The position numbers and the translations under genes were made by a program. The notes under the pieces are model-generated. The model made no database searches. It saw nothing but the letters and a program-made list of their open reading frames with translations, and was not told where the DNA came from. A DNA stretch of 64,000 nucleotides from Eledone cirrhosa. Its lineage: Eukaryota. Of the stretch, positions 25,931 to 41,323 are shown in pieces (the first letter of the stretch is position 1; every line of letters starts with the position of its first letter). The stretch covers positions 116,250,001 through 116,314,000 of the forward strand of contig OZ024745.1 in the NCBI GenBank assembly GCA_964016885.1, read 5' to 3'.

Positions 25931-27579
25931 CATCATTCACAACTTTCACAATCATGATGTACAACATAGAAACACATAATATATTCATTCCACCTTATCT
26001 GCTACTGTCTCAATGATGGAACGCTTACTCTTACTGATCATAGCTGTTGAATGACAATATTTTAGAACATCTCTTGTTACTCCACCTAAAGATCCCTCAG
26101 TATCAATGAATACACTTTAAGTGTGCTTTCCCTTATTTCATCGTAATTGCTACTTTGATTATATTGCTTTATAACAGAATATCATTTCCTCTAACCTCAC
26201 CTAACAACTATTTCCGGATTTCAGCTCCACACAAACATAACAGAAACTATCACTTAACATGAAGAGGTATTACAGTATCACACGAAACAACACAGACTTG
26301 CCAACGCATGATAACCATTATTCTCAGTACCACTTTAAACAAGACAGGAACAACCTCATCCACATTACATTAGTAACCACTCTTCGAATGACTGTATAGA
26401 TCACAGAGGCATATAACACGTCAATCACTATCTTAACATGATACTATTCATCACAATAATATTTTTCTCACGATCTTAAAACTGTTATTTACAATGTTAC
26501 TGTGTGTGACTGAAGAACGGCGTTTCTTTCTTCAATTTAATTGCTACTTCTAGAATCACGATTTGCATTACAAGTACAGCTTCTTTCATGTAGCTTAACA
26601 GTTAATTTCAGTATCGCAGCGCGAAACACATGGATGGCTAGACAACACAGATGTATTTCTTCTTCCTCAAGTTCTTAATGAATTTTGATGTCTGAGTAAA
26701 ATAAGAGGATCACAATATTAGAAGATCTTTCACTGAAAGCATACGATGCTTAGAACGTTAGTCCTCAAGACAGAAATCACCTCTATCAATATACTTTATT
26801 CAGTATATCAATACCAATTGATTATGTAAAGCGAAACTAACTCTGATAAAAGAATATATTTGGAACTATCTCATACAAAAACTTAGGCATCACTCTTTCA
26901 TTCTCCGCCAGGTGAAAGATTTCGAATCGCTTTCTGTAGCATCATAAAGCTACATTTGAAACCCTTGCATACAATACACTACTACTATCCATATGTCTAC
27001 CTTAACTGCTCAGGTCAGAGCTTGACATGAACACCGTGTATTCCGCCTTAAAGGCTATTTATAGAATCAATTATTGCGTACAACACATAATCATATCAAA
27101 TATCATTCAAACTCTACTTTTAACACGCAGTGGACAGCACAAGTATACAATCTTTCACTCAACTTCTCTCCAATCCGTAATAAACACAGACATGATAGTA
27201 GTATATGAAAACCCTTATTGATTCTATCTTTTCTGCAGTTTTCGTACATATAGCATTCTTCAATAACTACATTAAACACAAGGCCGCACAAAGCCCGTCA
27301 GCAATATCAAAAATATTGCGAACTTAATAAAATTCTGAGGAATCGGCTGACAGAGTACCTGTTTATACCATGTTTGAAGTGGTGTGGAGTATTTACAACT
27401 GTAATATATAAACCTCTATCTCCATTCAGCGATGTAGAATTATGTATTACAATAATTGCAATATGTACTGACCATCTTTAACACGAACCCTGCAATCTGA
27501 GAAAATGTTTATGAAATGTTTATTTATAAATGTTGGAAAAGGCGTGCCCGTGGAGGGGAGGAAGAAATATTCTCAACGT

Positions 27580-27615
<36 letters not shown>

Positions 27616-27793
27616 CCGAGGAGACCACTAATGATGAGAGTACTCAATGCATGGGGAGATACAGAGTAGGTATAGATATAGATAAAACCACGATCGCGGC
27701 GTAAAGCGGCTTTGGATTGTGTGTTCAGGAAGCGTTAAGCCGAAACCGCTTCGTGCTGTGTTTGGGATTTACCTATCTCTCTCCCACTCTCTT

Positions 27794-27864
<71 letters not shown>

Positions 27865-27878
27865 CATATATTTGTGTG

Positions 27879-27937
<59 letters not shown>

Positions 27938-27994
27938 ACAAAGAGTGGAACTGCATCAAAGTCGATAAATATAAACACATATCTCATAATCTAA

Positions 27995-28180
27995 ATAATT
28001 GTTTCTACTTTTGGCACATGGCGAGCAATTACCCAGTGTATTACTGGTACTATATTTTATCGACCCCGTAAGGATGAAAGACAAAGATAACCTCGGCGGG
28101 ATTTGAACTCATATCATAAAGTGCCGCAAATCTATGTTACAAATCATGGCCTCCGACCCTCTATTGCCAATCCATACCCT
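27995..28180 (-). mobile_element. SINE copy
   Basis: Same family. Further single or partial copies at ~1560-1740, 16790-16950, 17035-17215, 20925-21025, 43058-43172, 44341-44527, 53655-53792, 55470-55565 and 55910-56092. Confidence 0.8.
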
Positions 28181-28497
28181 AAATAATGATAAACATATTT
28201 AATAGATATTCGAATGTTATTGTATCCTCTGACGGGTATATACATCCATTCGGTTTTAGTATTATTCTGAAATGGACATACTAGTTTGCATATAATTAAC
28301 TCTGGTGATGGTAAATAATTAAGATCTATAGCAAGAATAATATTGAATGTATGTATATTTATATATACTTGTCACGTTAGAGATTGTGTCATTGAAGCAT
28401 AACGTAGCCATGAATGTCATTGAAATATGTATCACAGCTTTATGTATAAAAAGGAAATATTGCACCTTCGAAATTATCCTTATTGCATACAAATATA

Positions 28498-28549
<52 letters not shown>

Positions 28550-29044
28550 ACAGCTATATATATATATATACCACAGCTAGTGTTCAAAATTTGAATTTCG
28601 ACCGCCAAAACCGGGGGGTTACCTCCCTTTAGGAAAACCACGTGACCGTCAGCAGTTTTACAGCTACAATGCACACCCAATCGCGGCACAGAACGGAAGC
28701 CTGTTGATAAAGTGAACCCACTGTTCGATCATCCAAAACCAAAAACTTGCATACACCGCAAGTGGAATTGTTGATTTCGATTTCACAGAAACTTTCCGGA
28801 GATATTGCATAATATCGATGGGATCATCCAGATTTGTCAAATTATCCTGAGTCTGTTTTTTCGTTGCTTTGGTCCTTGTGGCTGGCTCACAGGTTGCAGT
28901 CTTCAATTTGTGAAGCCTTCTAAACGTATGTTATTACTCGAACGTGAATCTACCTTATCGAGTGCTTAGCTCCACATCCCGGATTGCATTCGTGAGCTGG
29001 ACCGCAGCCAGAGCTTGGATTTTACTGAACTTCCATTTGTATAT

Positions 29045-29159
<115 letters not shown>

Positions 29160-29581
29160 AAATTGAGGTTGGTAGTGGCACATGGAATATATAAGAGACA
29201 GAATACTTTTTTGTGAAAAAACATAATTTTATAAGGTAAGGAAATAATAAAGGGTATAAAAAATGACCGGTTTCGATGGGTCTGCAAAAGCCATCTTTTC
29301 AAATGTTGATTAATATTAAGAAAAATTAATAATACGAAGAGTTAAAATTTGAGACTTGAAAATTCAAGTATAAAATTCATTGTGGGATTTCATAGCAGTT
29401 TTCATCTAGGTAGCAACAACAGGTTGACTGCTGTGTCCCTTTCTGGTAGTGAATGAGAAGTTATTTGGGGTGTGGGTTATTTTATAAAGGTCAGATTTAG
29501 CAATAGCCAGCTGCTGGTCAGTGAGGGGGTGGAAGCAATATACACACACATATACCTTCATCCACACATACATACACATAC

Positions 29582-29620
<39 letters not shown>

Positions 29621-29689
29621 CACACATACATACACACACACATACATATACATACACACATACACACACACACACATATATATACACAT

Positions 29690-29752
<63 letters not shown>

Positions 29753-29771
29753 TATATATATATATACATAC

Positions 29772-30251
29772 ACACCCAAATCACTTAAACGCATTCTCAC
29801 TGGACCAAATATACCCAAACCAATCCTCAACCCTACAGTTACCAAATGTGGTAGAACAAACTGTGGAACGTGTCTCTACCTCACTGAAGGACAAACATTT
29901 ACATTCAAAGATGGCCAAACATTTACAGTAAAAAACAATTTCACCTGCAACTCGGAGAACTTGATTTACGCAATAACTTGCGGCGGGTGCAAACACAACT
30001 ACATAGGACAGACGGGCACCTCATTACGCAAAAGAATGACCATCCACCGCCAACAAATCCGGGACGCTAACACAAGAAAAATCCCCTTGAGCAGCCATAT
30101 TGCGAACTGCGCAGGAATGACACTACCCAACTTTAAAATCTTCCCCTTCTACAAGTGCTCAGATTCGTTCACACAACAACAAAGAATAAACAAAGAAAAT
30201 CTATTCCTTAACAAATTTAAACCAAAACTAAACGGGTTATCACCCCAATAG
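29772..30251 (+). pseudogene. Truncated PLE GIY-YIG endonuclease domain
   Basis: [73 protein letters not shown]. Cys cluster plus LIY/YIG motif. The upstream part of the predicted 259-aa ORF is inverted UTR and microsatellite. Confidence 0.85.
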
Positions 30252-30802
30252 AATTGTCATAAAATATAAACACACATACGCACGGAATCACTACTATTAA
30301 AGACCAGAGACCAATTCTGTAGAATCAGGTTTATTCATTGACAGACCATGCCTTTGTGTGACCAACACATCCATGTTAAACCCTGTACGTGCACACACGT
30401 ATGTCTATATATATATGCGCACACAGAATTATTTTAATTTCACTGCCCCAACTTCTTATATTATGGAAAAAATATATGTGTCTGTATGTATATATATATA
30501 TATATATTTGAAGGCCATTTCTCTGTGTGTGGGTGTATGTATATGTGTGTGTGTGTGTGTGTGAGTATGTGTGTGCATGTGGATGTATGTATTGTGTGTG
30601 CGTGTGTGTGTGTGTGTGTGTATGTATGTGGGTATCTGGATGTATGCGTATGTGTATATATATATATATATATGCATGTGTGTGTGTGTGTGTGTATATA
30701 TATGTGTGTGTATGTGTGTATATATATGTGTGTGTGTGTGTGTGTGTATGTTTGTATGTGTGTATGTATATATATATATGTGTGTGTGTATGTATGTGTG
30801 GG

Positions 30803-30875
<73 letters not shown>

Positions 30876-31246
30876 ATGTGTATATATATGTGTGTGTGTG
30901 TGTATGTGTGTATGTATATGTATGTGTGTGTGTATGTATGTGTGTATATGTATATATATATATATATGTATATGTATGTGTATGTATGTGTGGATGAAGG
31001 TATATGTGTGTGTATATTGCTTCCACCCCCTCACTGACCAGCAGCTGGCTATTGCTAAATCTGACCTTTATAAAATAACCCACACCCCAAATAACTTCTC
31101 ATTCACTACCAGAAAGGGACACAGCAGTCAACCTGTTGTTGCTACCTAGATGAAAACTGCTATGAAATCCCACAATGAATTTTATACTTGAATTTTCAAG
31201 TCTCAAATTTTAACTCTTCGTATTATTAATTTTTCTTAATATTAAT

Positions 31247-31296
31247 CAACATTTGAAAAGATGGCTTTTGCAGACCCATCGAAACCGGTCATTTTT
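31247..31296 (+). ncRNA. Hammerhead-like motif with U3-A8 core (inverted twin at 29259-29308)
   Basis: TTGAAAA-GATGG..CCATC-GAAA-CCGG-TC. Stem II 5 bp, palindromic stem III ACCGGT, GUC site, weak stem I. Confidence 0.65.
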
Positions 31297-31488
31297 TATA
31301 CCCTTTATTATTTCCTTACCTTATAAAATTATGTTTTTTCACAAAAAAGTATTCTGTCTCTTATATATTCCATGTGCCACTACCAACCTCAATTTTCTCT
31401 ATAACCTTCGTTTTGTGTAGAAAATTACACTTTTCATATATATATATATATATATATACATACATGTATATATAAACACACATATATA

Positions 31489-31930
31489 CTAGCTGAGGTA
31501 CCCGGCCTCGCCCGGGAGAACAGTTAAGAGAAGACGGATAAGAGAGAGAACGACTGTATTGGAAGTGTTTTCTGGTTTACAGTATGAGGTGAGGTCATAA
31601 TGTGTGTGCATGAGCGAGCGAGAGAGAGAGAGAGGGGGAGAGAGAGGGAGAGAGACACAAAAAACTATCATAAAACCTCCTTATTAGGCTGGGAGAATAA
31701 ACTGCCGATTAAATGGTAGCATTGGCCATGGATTTTGAATGCTGTGAAATAACCACAGTCATTATGCTCTTTTTCAGCTCCAAAGGACGTCATGTGAAAC
31801 GCAGCAATATACCGGATAACATTGCTTCTAAAGTGTTTAGCTTCGTTAGTACGGTCTGTAAGCAGTATAGGTATTTGGTTTTAGTGTGTAATCATAGATT
31901 GTTAAATCTTTTCCTTTGCCAATGATCCAA
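31489..31930 (-). mobile_element. Helitron deletion derivative
   Basis: Minus-strand 3' end CCCGG-GCGAGG-CCGGG hairpin..CTAG|T at 31489-31516. ~31675-31860 translates to AKHFRSNVIRYIAAFHMTSFGA..FKIHGQCYHLIGSL, the conserved Helitron RepHel N-terminal motif. Confidence 0.75.
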
Positions 31931-32149
31931 GATTTGACATCTTTGATTCACTGATTAATGGTGAAATATATTTCTTCAATGGAATATATCAATGTTCTAG
32001 TTAATTGTTAATATGTTACCTCCTAACTATGTGTGTTTACACTTTTTACAAATTATCCCTTGCAATTGTTTGATGTGTTTATTTTATATATATGTCCTTC
32101 GACTTTTAATTTTACACACACACACAAAACAAAAATATATATATATATA

Positions 32150-32470
32150 CAAAAGTTCTATTTAAATTGTTGGGATACAACAAGCAAATATTTTTATAAC
32201 TGATATAAAGCACTCGACAAGTATTTGGAGTAAATATACGATATTAACAAATGGAAACTATATTTATAAAACCATATCTATTTTATTATACATTTTTCTA
32301 GGATACCATGTTAAATTATGGTATGATTTCATCAGAAAAAATACAATATATACCAGTTTTATAAATAAACATTGACGAAAGCATACCATAATTTAACATG
32401 GTATCCTTGAAATATGTATAATAAAATAGATATGGTTTTATAAATATAGTTTCCATTTGTTAATATCGTA
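32150..32470. mobile_element. Family D PLE terminal mini-element with inverted hammerhead pair
   Basis: Arms ~32237-32325 and ~32382-32470. CTGATGA core on - strand at 32329-32335 and TTGACGA on + at 32372-32378, both with stem II ATACCAT/ATGGTAT. (TA)n flanks. Confidence 0.75.
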
Positions 32471-32734
32471 TATATATATATATATAATGAAGAATTAGAA
32501 ATAGAAGTTAGGAAAGTCCATCATCAGTTGTCTACTAGGAATCATAGGTATTTCTTCGCATTACAGACAATATAGCTCCTCCTAGGGCGATACAATAACT
32601 AAGATAAGTTATTGGGATAAAAAGAGTTGGGTGGAGAAAGAGAAAGACATGTAAACAGACACGAATGGCGAGGCAACGTAAAGAGAGGAAAAAATGAAAA
32701 AAAAAAAAATATATATATATATACATGTATAGTT

Positions 32735-33025
32735 ATATTTAAAATTGTTGGGTTACAACTAGTAAATATTTATAACTGATATAAAAGCACTCGACAAATA
32801 TTTGGAGTATATTTACAATATTAAATAAATGGAAAACTATATTTATAAAACCATATTTATTTCATTATATATATTTCGGGGATATCATATTAACAATATG
32901 AAGGCATAGCATAGTGTATTTTGTCTGATGAAGGCATAGCATATTGTTAATATGATATCCCCGAAATATATATAATGAAATAAATATGGTTTTATAAATA
33001 TAGTTTTCCATTTATTTAATATTGT
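32735..33025. mobile_element. Family D mini-element, second copy, with intact hammerhead at 32917-32982 (+)
   Basis: TATTTTGT-CTGATGA-..CATATT GTT AATATG..-GAAA-TATATA-TA-ATGAAATA. Inverted arms ~32815-32900 and ~32940-33025. Confidence 0.75.
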
Positions 33026-33528
33026 ATATATATATACATATATATAATAAGGATTTAGAACGATATCCGTTGATCTCGATCTTGTTGTTCATAATTTGCT
33101 CAACAAGTCCATCTGGAGAATACGCATAGGTTTAATTGCAAGACATTGTAAGTCCGCTTGCCCCAGTCTAAGCTATGAATACAATGTAATTATTGTATTG
33201 ACAGATATGCATATGAAAATGTTAAAGAACTCACAACTTCATCAATTGAAACAAACAATATTTTTCCGGTATCCACAAAAATCCACTGGAAAAAAAAATC
33301 CACGTCTAAGTTGGTACATTCCGTGGTGAATCCGTTGGTTATTGATTAGTAATAAATCCATAACCTGCAAATTCTGGACAATGGATCTCTCATCAGGCTG
33401 ATGTCCCAAAACGTAACACTCCTTACCTACTATATCACGCGTTAAACTAATATATATATGTATATATATATATATATATATAGGAAAAAGTCAGGACCCG
33501 ACGGCTGAGCTGCGGCCGTCTCGACAGC

Positions 33529-33602
<74 letters not shown>

Positions 33603-33608
<6 letters not shown>

Positions 33609-33676
33609 GCCATCAAGTATGAAATTTGTAGAAATTTCTAGAAAAAAAGAAATCTCTACAAATTTCATTCTTGACG

Positions 33677-33684
<8 letters not shown>
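33603..33684. mobile_element. ~82-bp palindromic MITE copy
   Basis: Same TIR family as 25848-25930, inside (TA)n. Confidence 0.7.
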
Positions 33685-33727
<43 letters not shown>

Positions 33728-34513
33728 TAATTAACTGAAAATACTTATATATATATATATATCATATTATATTTAGAGTTTAAACTCAAACAGTAATTTA
33801 CAATTAATTAGCTCAAAGAAAGAAGCATTTCTTAGCCGTGAAATACAAGTTAATATAAATTAATATATGATAAAACCTAAGTGTTTGTATTGTAAAAGAC
33901 GAAGTTAGCTAGAATGAAATAAACTAATTCAAATAAATAATTGTATATATATATTGTATATATATATATTGTATATATATACTGTATATATATATATTGT
34001 ATATATATATATATGTACAAGTATATCCAAACATATGAGGGAGTCCAACCAATTCCAGTTTTGCTCAATGAAGGAATTAATAAAAATAAATTTATCAGAT
34101 AATAAACAAATTATAACTCTTCTGTTGACCATTGAGAATTCTGTTGACGTGAGAATTCTGCCATTCCAAATTATCGCTGGTAGCGAATAAATCGGAAGAT
34201 TTTTTTCATAATTGAGAAGTTCGCTGTTATTACTCAGCGAAACTGCAGTTGAGACATCGTTATATATAGGTAAACGTTTCTTTCTTATCTTGTTTACCTT
34301 TTTCAAATATATATCATATCACTGTATTATTACCCTGTTGTTTGTTGTTGGTTCAATGCTTGCACCGTCTCGCAAAAAACATTCACACACATACATTCAC
34401 ACACACACACAGACACACGTGCAGACACACATACACGCACGTGCACACACAGATACACACACACATATATATATGTGTGTGTGTATAGATATGCCTATAT
34501 ATACGTATGATTG

Positions 34514-34556
<43 letters not shown>

Positions 34557-37048
34557 ACTAGAGATTGATTAACACATAAAAATACATGAATAATCACAGG
34601 AGATAATTCAAGCTTGTGTGTAACCGCGCGTAGCTAGTTTAGGCAATATTTACCTTTAAAAGTGATTAACATTCCTTGTATATATCCCATTAAAGAAATA
34701 TATTTCACCAATTAATCAGATGGTAAGTCACGGAAAGTGGATATTATTGGATTGTCAACAAGGAATTGATAATAAATCCAGCTATTCGAGCTTACAGGGC
34801 GAGATCACATCTTCAACTATCCGTTACCACGTGTTGCGTCCACACAAGATAGCGGTTTCGTTTCAGTGGCGTGAAAAGGTTTTCGACAACTAAAAATAGC
34901 AGTCAAAATTCTTCTCAACAGAAATAGCTCTACAGATAAGGAGCCGTGTATATATATATCTAAGTCCAAAATTAAGATAAATCAATTAAATGAATTTAAT
35001 CTAAATCGAAATCATGGGTGTCATGACAAAAAGCATGCGCCAATATATCCTGAGAATTTAAGGTCAAAGATAAATACATCTGAGCATATTATAATAACTA
35101 GAGATTGATTAACATATAAAAATACATGAATAATCACAGGAGATAATTCAAGCTTGATTTCTCAATTACATGTGATAAAATTTGAATGTGAGTGTCGCAA
35201 TATTACAGACACTAGATATAAGTATTGAAAACAGCAAAATTACTCTAGAATATTATATTTATACTTAAATCACTTTCCTGTAATATTCAATACTCTACAA
35301 TTAAATTATATTTTCAGGTTATATAATAACGGCAGCACTGTGTGAGATTATGTGTAGGTTTGTGATATGTCAGTACATATGTGAAGTGGCTTGTTATTGA
35401 ACAGTTGCCATTTATTCTAGAATGTTAATGAAAGAACTTCATTTGATGTAGGAAATATATCTTTCGTTGGATATATAATCTTTGAAATTTCAAACAATAA
35501 TGATTATAAAAGTTTTACATTTTGACAGTACTACATGTGGTTTTGTATTATCAATTCGCGTTTCTGTAAGAAGAGCTATTATTCCATGATTCTTCATTAT
35601 TCAAGCTATTTGGTGTTGTAAACATTATCCATAGTGCCTCGAGGACTAAACGTGACATTGTATTAATATAATTTTTAATTAGATGAATATTTAGAAGACG
35701 ACCTTCATGGAACTGACAAAACTGATTTGGAAAACTGATGTGGAAAACGTCCCAGTTATCTCAATTAACAAGACAACACAATAGAAAGAAAATATCTGTT
35801 TTAATGGATATGTTATCATTGACCTCTGGATATATGTAATCTTGTAACCCAGCATTAAAAAAGAGCACTTCTTGGTTGAGTTTACCTGAAACATCAATAC
35901 CACATAAAATAATGTTCAACCATCAAAATAAAAGATCCACTGAAAGTGCTAGCAATTGAATTACTCTCTCCTTACCCCCTTACTAATGCAACTTGCAGGA
36001 TCAACGAGCTATTTATGTTTTAAATCCGAAAACAGCAATGTAACGTTGATAGAAAACTACAAACGTTTGACGATGCCGACATCTCACATCGGTGATCATA
36101 ACATTTATTAGGAGGACATAACATGTATCATCCTAATGCAAGTACAGCAGACAATGCTACCTTACCAAAGGGAACACGTGTACTTGATTATTTCAAGTAT
36201 TATGATATATCCTAAAGATAAACAATGACTAGTTGTTGTCATACAATCAGTAATTAATTTAAACCCGATTCACTATCTTTTGAGATTCATTCTAAACGCA
36301 TCTAGGGAATTCAGTATTGAGTATTCCACCTTATATCAACTTATATCTTAAATACTTATAGTTGAGTGACGTGATATCAAGGCGGCTGTGTTAGAACAGT
36401 TCACTATTTGTGGAATTCTTAATTTCATTTGTTAACATCTTTTGGTGTGTAACATATATCTTTAACTGAAAGCTGAATAACTAATATGACAACCTGAACT
36501 AAACGTTAATACTTGTTATCACTTATTTCACCGGAGGGTAGCGTTATTATTCTACACACAATACACCCTTGAGTAGCTCATTGAATCTTAACTAGAAACT
36601 GCGAATTCCAAAGGTATACTTTATTGTAAACACACACTTCTGTTGAATGTTAATGGTGGTGTAGAAGCACTGAATTTAATTCACACTTTATTAAACACAT
36701 TTCATATAAAATGTTGTTACAAATTCACCATTATTTGAACAATTTCAATAACGTTACTGGGACATTTGCTTATGAGTCTAGTAGATTAACATATTGTTCC
36801 ATCAAATATCTTATGTCTTAAACTCTTATAAGTTTAGAAGCTCATTACATCGGGAATTAACATGCTTCCGAGAGGATTAAAGTGACTGACGCCACAGGAC
36901 ATCACTCTAAAAGACACACCAGACTGTTGCAAAGATAATCCCTAGTGCATGGTGCTGCTAGCATGTTCCGTTCTAGCGGTCTTTGACCTCTTACTTGTAC
37001 TTTGTGCACTCATGCTTGCACAAACACACACATACACATACACACTCG

Positions 37049-37144
<96 letters not shown>

Positions 37145-38232
37145 TTGACGAGACTAACATGGGTTTCACTGCTAGTACCGGTTGCATCTCACCGTATATA
37201 TATGTATATATATTTAATGGTTTCTGATTTAAGGCCAAAATCTGCGAATTTCAGTCCCCATCGTTGGCACGCTAACAATACTTGAGATAGGGTTATAAAG
37301 TTCTTTTCTCCGTTTATTTGTTTTTATTCTCCGGCAACTTTTCTCTCCATCTCACTCCCTCACTTTTCCTACTCTCTATCCCTTCCAATCTCACTCCTTC
37401 TCGTATTCACCAACCTAACACTGTCAATCTTTTAGTGTACTTTCCATTTTACAAATCCAAATCTGCTATCATAACCGTTTATGCCCACATTAATCGACGC
37501 CTTACCAGACAGGCATGCACCACTCTCATACGCTGAAATACTTACATACAGTCTAAGTCTAAAGTCTGTCTTAAGCCAGAAGGCTCATTTGGCCAGTGTT
37601 TATCCCGGTTTCATGGGGTGAAGCTTAATTTTACATAAAATTAAGCAACCTAACAGTTTACGAACTACATACGAACTACAACACAAAAACACTTGTATGA
37701 AAATCACATATCCAACTCTATCACATACTTTGCATTACACCTTACATAACAAATACCTGCATTATCACCACATGCCTCTCTGACAAATTGCACACTATCT
37801 TAAATATTTATAACAATTATAACATGCTTTAACACCCCCACACAAAATACATTTATTTCAACTGCATTATAACTCTTTCCTCATACATGCCCTATTGACT
37901 GTATTGACTCCTGCATTGTACACCTATTGTCCTTGCTTGTAACTTTTTGGCCTGTATTTTTTTGTTTGTGCTTTTCACTTATTCCTATTACACTTTCAAC
38001 CAGTGCTGCCTGTAATTGTGTTCTTTCAAGTAGAACATCTTTTTAACTCCTGACTCTCCACATGATGCCTTTCACACTAAAAACAATTATGTACCCTAAA
38101 TGTTCTAAATGACTAGGATTTTAGTTACATGTTTCGACATTCCCTATGTTCCGATGATTTCAAACTTCCCTCTGGAAGAAACAATTGTCAGCAAATAAAT
38201 GTCCTAAACTATAATTTGATCGTTTTAACACG

Positions 38233-38327
<95 letters not shown>

Positions 38328-38402
38328 GAGAAGAACAAGTAAACATTAAACAATCTTTTAAATAAATTAAAATACGATTTAAATATTCGCCCGTTCTAAT
38401 GC

Positions 38403-38478
38403 TGTGACCAACGGTTTCACTTATCAAAAGATTGGAAATTCAGAGAATTTCCAATGGAAAGAATCAGCTCTTCAGACA
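38403..38478 (-). ncRNA. Type I hammerhead next to (TA)n
   Basis: Minus strand: TGT-CTGAAGA-GCT..ATTGGAAATTC TCT GAATTTCCAAT..AGT-GAAA-CC GTT GG-TC-ACA. Confidence 0.7.
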
Positions 38479-38660
38479 CCTATTTCCATACCACCCTTGT
38501 AGTTTGTAAATATGTCGCTTTCTGCCCGATGCATAAGGTCATGCCGTTAAAATGACCCACACATAAATAAGCCGTAAGAAAAAGCGGGATAATAGATTCG
38601 TTGATATTTCATGCCACTATAAAAATAGCAGCACGATACAACATTTTTTTTCTCTCTCTG

Positions 38661-38776
<116 letters not shown>

Positions 38777-38838
38777 AGAACCTAATACCAACACTGTTCG
38801 TAACTGCACTCTTTATTATTGTTTTGCTTTTCACTTTC

Positions 38839-38885
<47 letters not shown>

Positions 38886-38924
38886 TTCAAAATATTAATA
38901 AATATAGTCATTCACGTAACCAAA

Positions 38925-38995
38925 ATATATTTTTTATATATATTTCGGAGGTACTGTGCTGTTTTTTCAGTACGTCCTCATCAGATAAAATATAT
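38925..38995 (-). ncRNA. Type I hammerhead (diverged sibling at 11539-11600, +)
   Basis: Minus strand: ATATATTTTAT-CTGATGA-GGACGTACTG..CAGTACCTCC-GAAA-TATATA-TA-AAAAATATAT. Confidence 0.75.
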
Positions 38996-39268
38996 AAATT
39001 GTTGTATGGCATACCCCAACTGTGCTGATGGTTCAATTCCAGTTTTGCCAAGACAGCGTTCCTTTGTCACTGTTGAACAAACGAGCAACGATGGTTGCTA
39101 GACACTACGGCTTAATACGGGATGTTTGTTTACAAAGACACCGAGCATTTTAATAAATGTTCGGTGAATCCATACGTATATATATATATATGTGTGCATG
39201 TATGTATATATATATATATATACATAGTACTGTAGGTCTGTATACATATATGCATGTACGTGTACATA

Positions 39269-39308
<40 letters not shown>

Positions 39309-40562
39309 TGCACACACCCATTTTGGTTGTGGTGGTTAATGGCTTCTTAACCATCGTCTCAGCGTGTATGACCATTTTAACTTATGTTTATAGCTCTGGT
39401 ATCTTCTTCATATCCATGGAGCGCTTGTCTGCACAATACCGAAGTTGCGTTTCGCTAATTTCTACCCGCCGAAATGCGATTCTCGCTAAATATATATGTG
39501 TATTAATCTCTCAAGTCAAGCGATTAACCAGTTAACCATAAGTCTGGCATGTTCGTATAGTACGAACATGCCAGACAACAACACGACGGTAACATAGACA
39601 AAAACATAGAAATTAGAATAATATCTAAACATAGAAATGACCTAGCAGATTGGCAAATCAGAGAGGCCAGCGAAATAGAACTTAAAAAGCCAAGGCTAAA
39701 CAGAAAACAATGAATGGAATAACAACAACACCCAAACAAACGACACTGACCTAAGAGAAGTATAAATAAATAAATACATACACAAGCACAATAACAACAA
39801 ACACATATAAACACACACTAGTAAACTAAGATAGAATACAATAACCGATACACAGTCACCCAAACAAGAACACACATCAAACAAAACACTATACACACAC
39901 GCAAACGCATGCGCAGAGAAGACACAAAAAAAATTAAAATAAACAGACTAAATAAAGATGACGTAGGCATACAATACAACGGGAGGAAGCATGATAGCAC
40001 CACTGACGATGTTGCAGATGTGCAACGAAAGAACTTTGTTAGACTATATGCCTGTTTTTGTGTCTATTTTTGACCGTTGGTCAGTCAATGGTAACATTGA
40101 GGACCGAATAAATTAAATTAACCGATATAAAAGACACAGAAGCGAAAACCAACCAAACAGTGAGTGTGTTCTGTAATTAATTCTGGCAATATTATTACAC
40201 AAATATGACCCTCCCCAAGTATAACAATATTTGTTTCGACACACGTTTTCATATCAAAAACCTCGCAAAATTAACACATATGTACATACATACACGCCCA
40301 ACATATATATATCTACATACACACACACACATGTACATATACATACGCACACGTCTATGCATGTACAGACATATAAAAACAATAAAATAAATTTACGATA
40401 TATTAAAATACATTAAAATATGCATATAACGTCACATAGAGATATATAAAACAAAAGAATTTATGATGACGTAGAAAAACAACAGCCAATAGCAAGACAA
40501 GAGAGGAAGATGTTTTTTAAGCTAACAACCCAGTGAGAAAATTTGTTCCGAAAGTATTGCAG

Positions 40563-40650
40563 GTGTCCGAAGAACCTGCAGTTCTAGAATCAGACAGATC
40601 CATACAATGATCCTGTCTGGAGCTATCTGCCGGCGAAACAATTGTAACAC
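40563..40650 (+). ncRNA. Hammerhead with U4C core and extended stem II
   Basis: GTGT-CCGAAGA-[..CAGACAG..CTGTCTG..]-GAAA-CAATTG-TA-ACAC. Confidence 0.7.
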
Positions 40651-40771
40651 ACAATAAACTGAGTCCAGATGCATCACTGATTTTTCGTTTTATATTATAT
40701 CACACTCTGCCCTGTAAGAACATAGAGTGCTCAACTGGCATACCGCCTATGGAAGCATAATAGCTACCATT

Positions 40772-41323
<552 letters not shown>

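Noticed and set aside
29406-31149. Long YI/HT/CV-repeat ORFs here and throughout the window
   Set aside because: Translations of (TA)n and (CA)n microsatellites.
33370-33420. Further hammerhead-like traces here and at ~4720-4770, 27725-27760, 39130-39180, 51760-51810, 57300-57325 and 59480-59520
   Set aside because: Core or stems incomplete or multiply mutated. Cannot be supported without family alignments.
35200-36900. Faint LRR-like peptides on the + strand
   Set aside because: Many stops and no consistent LxxLxLxxN periodicity.
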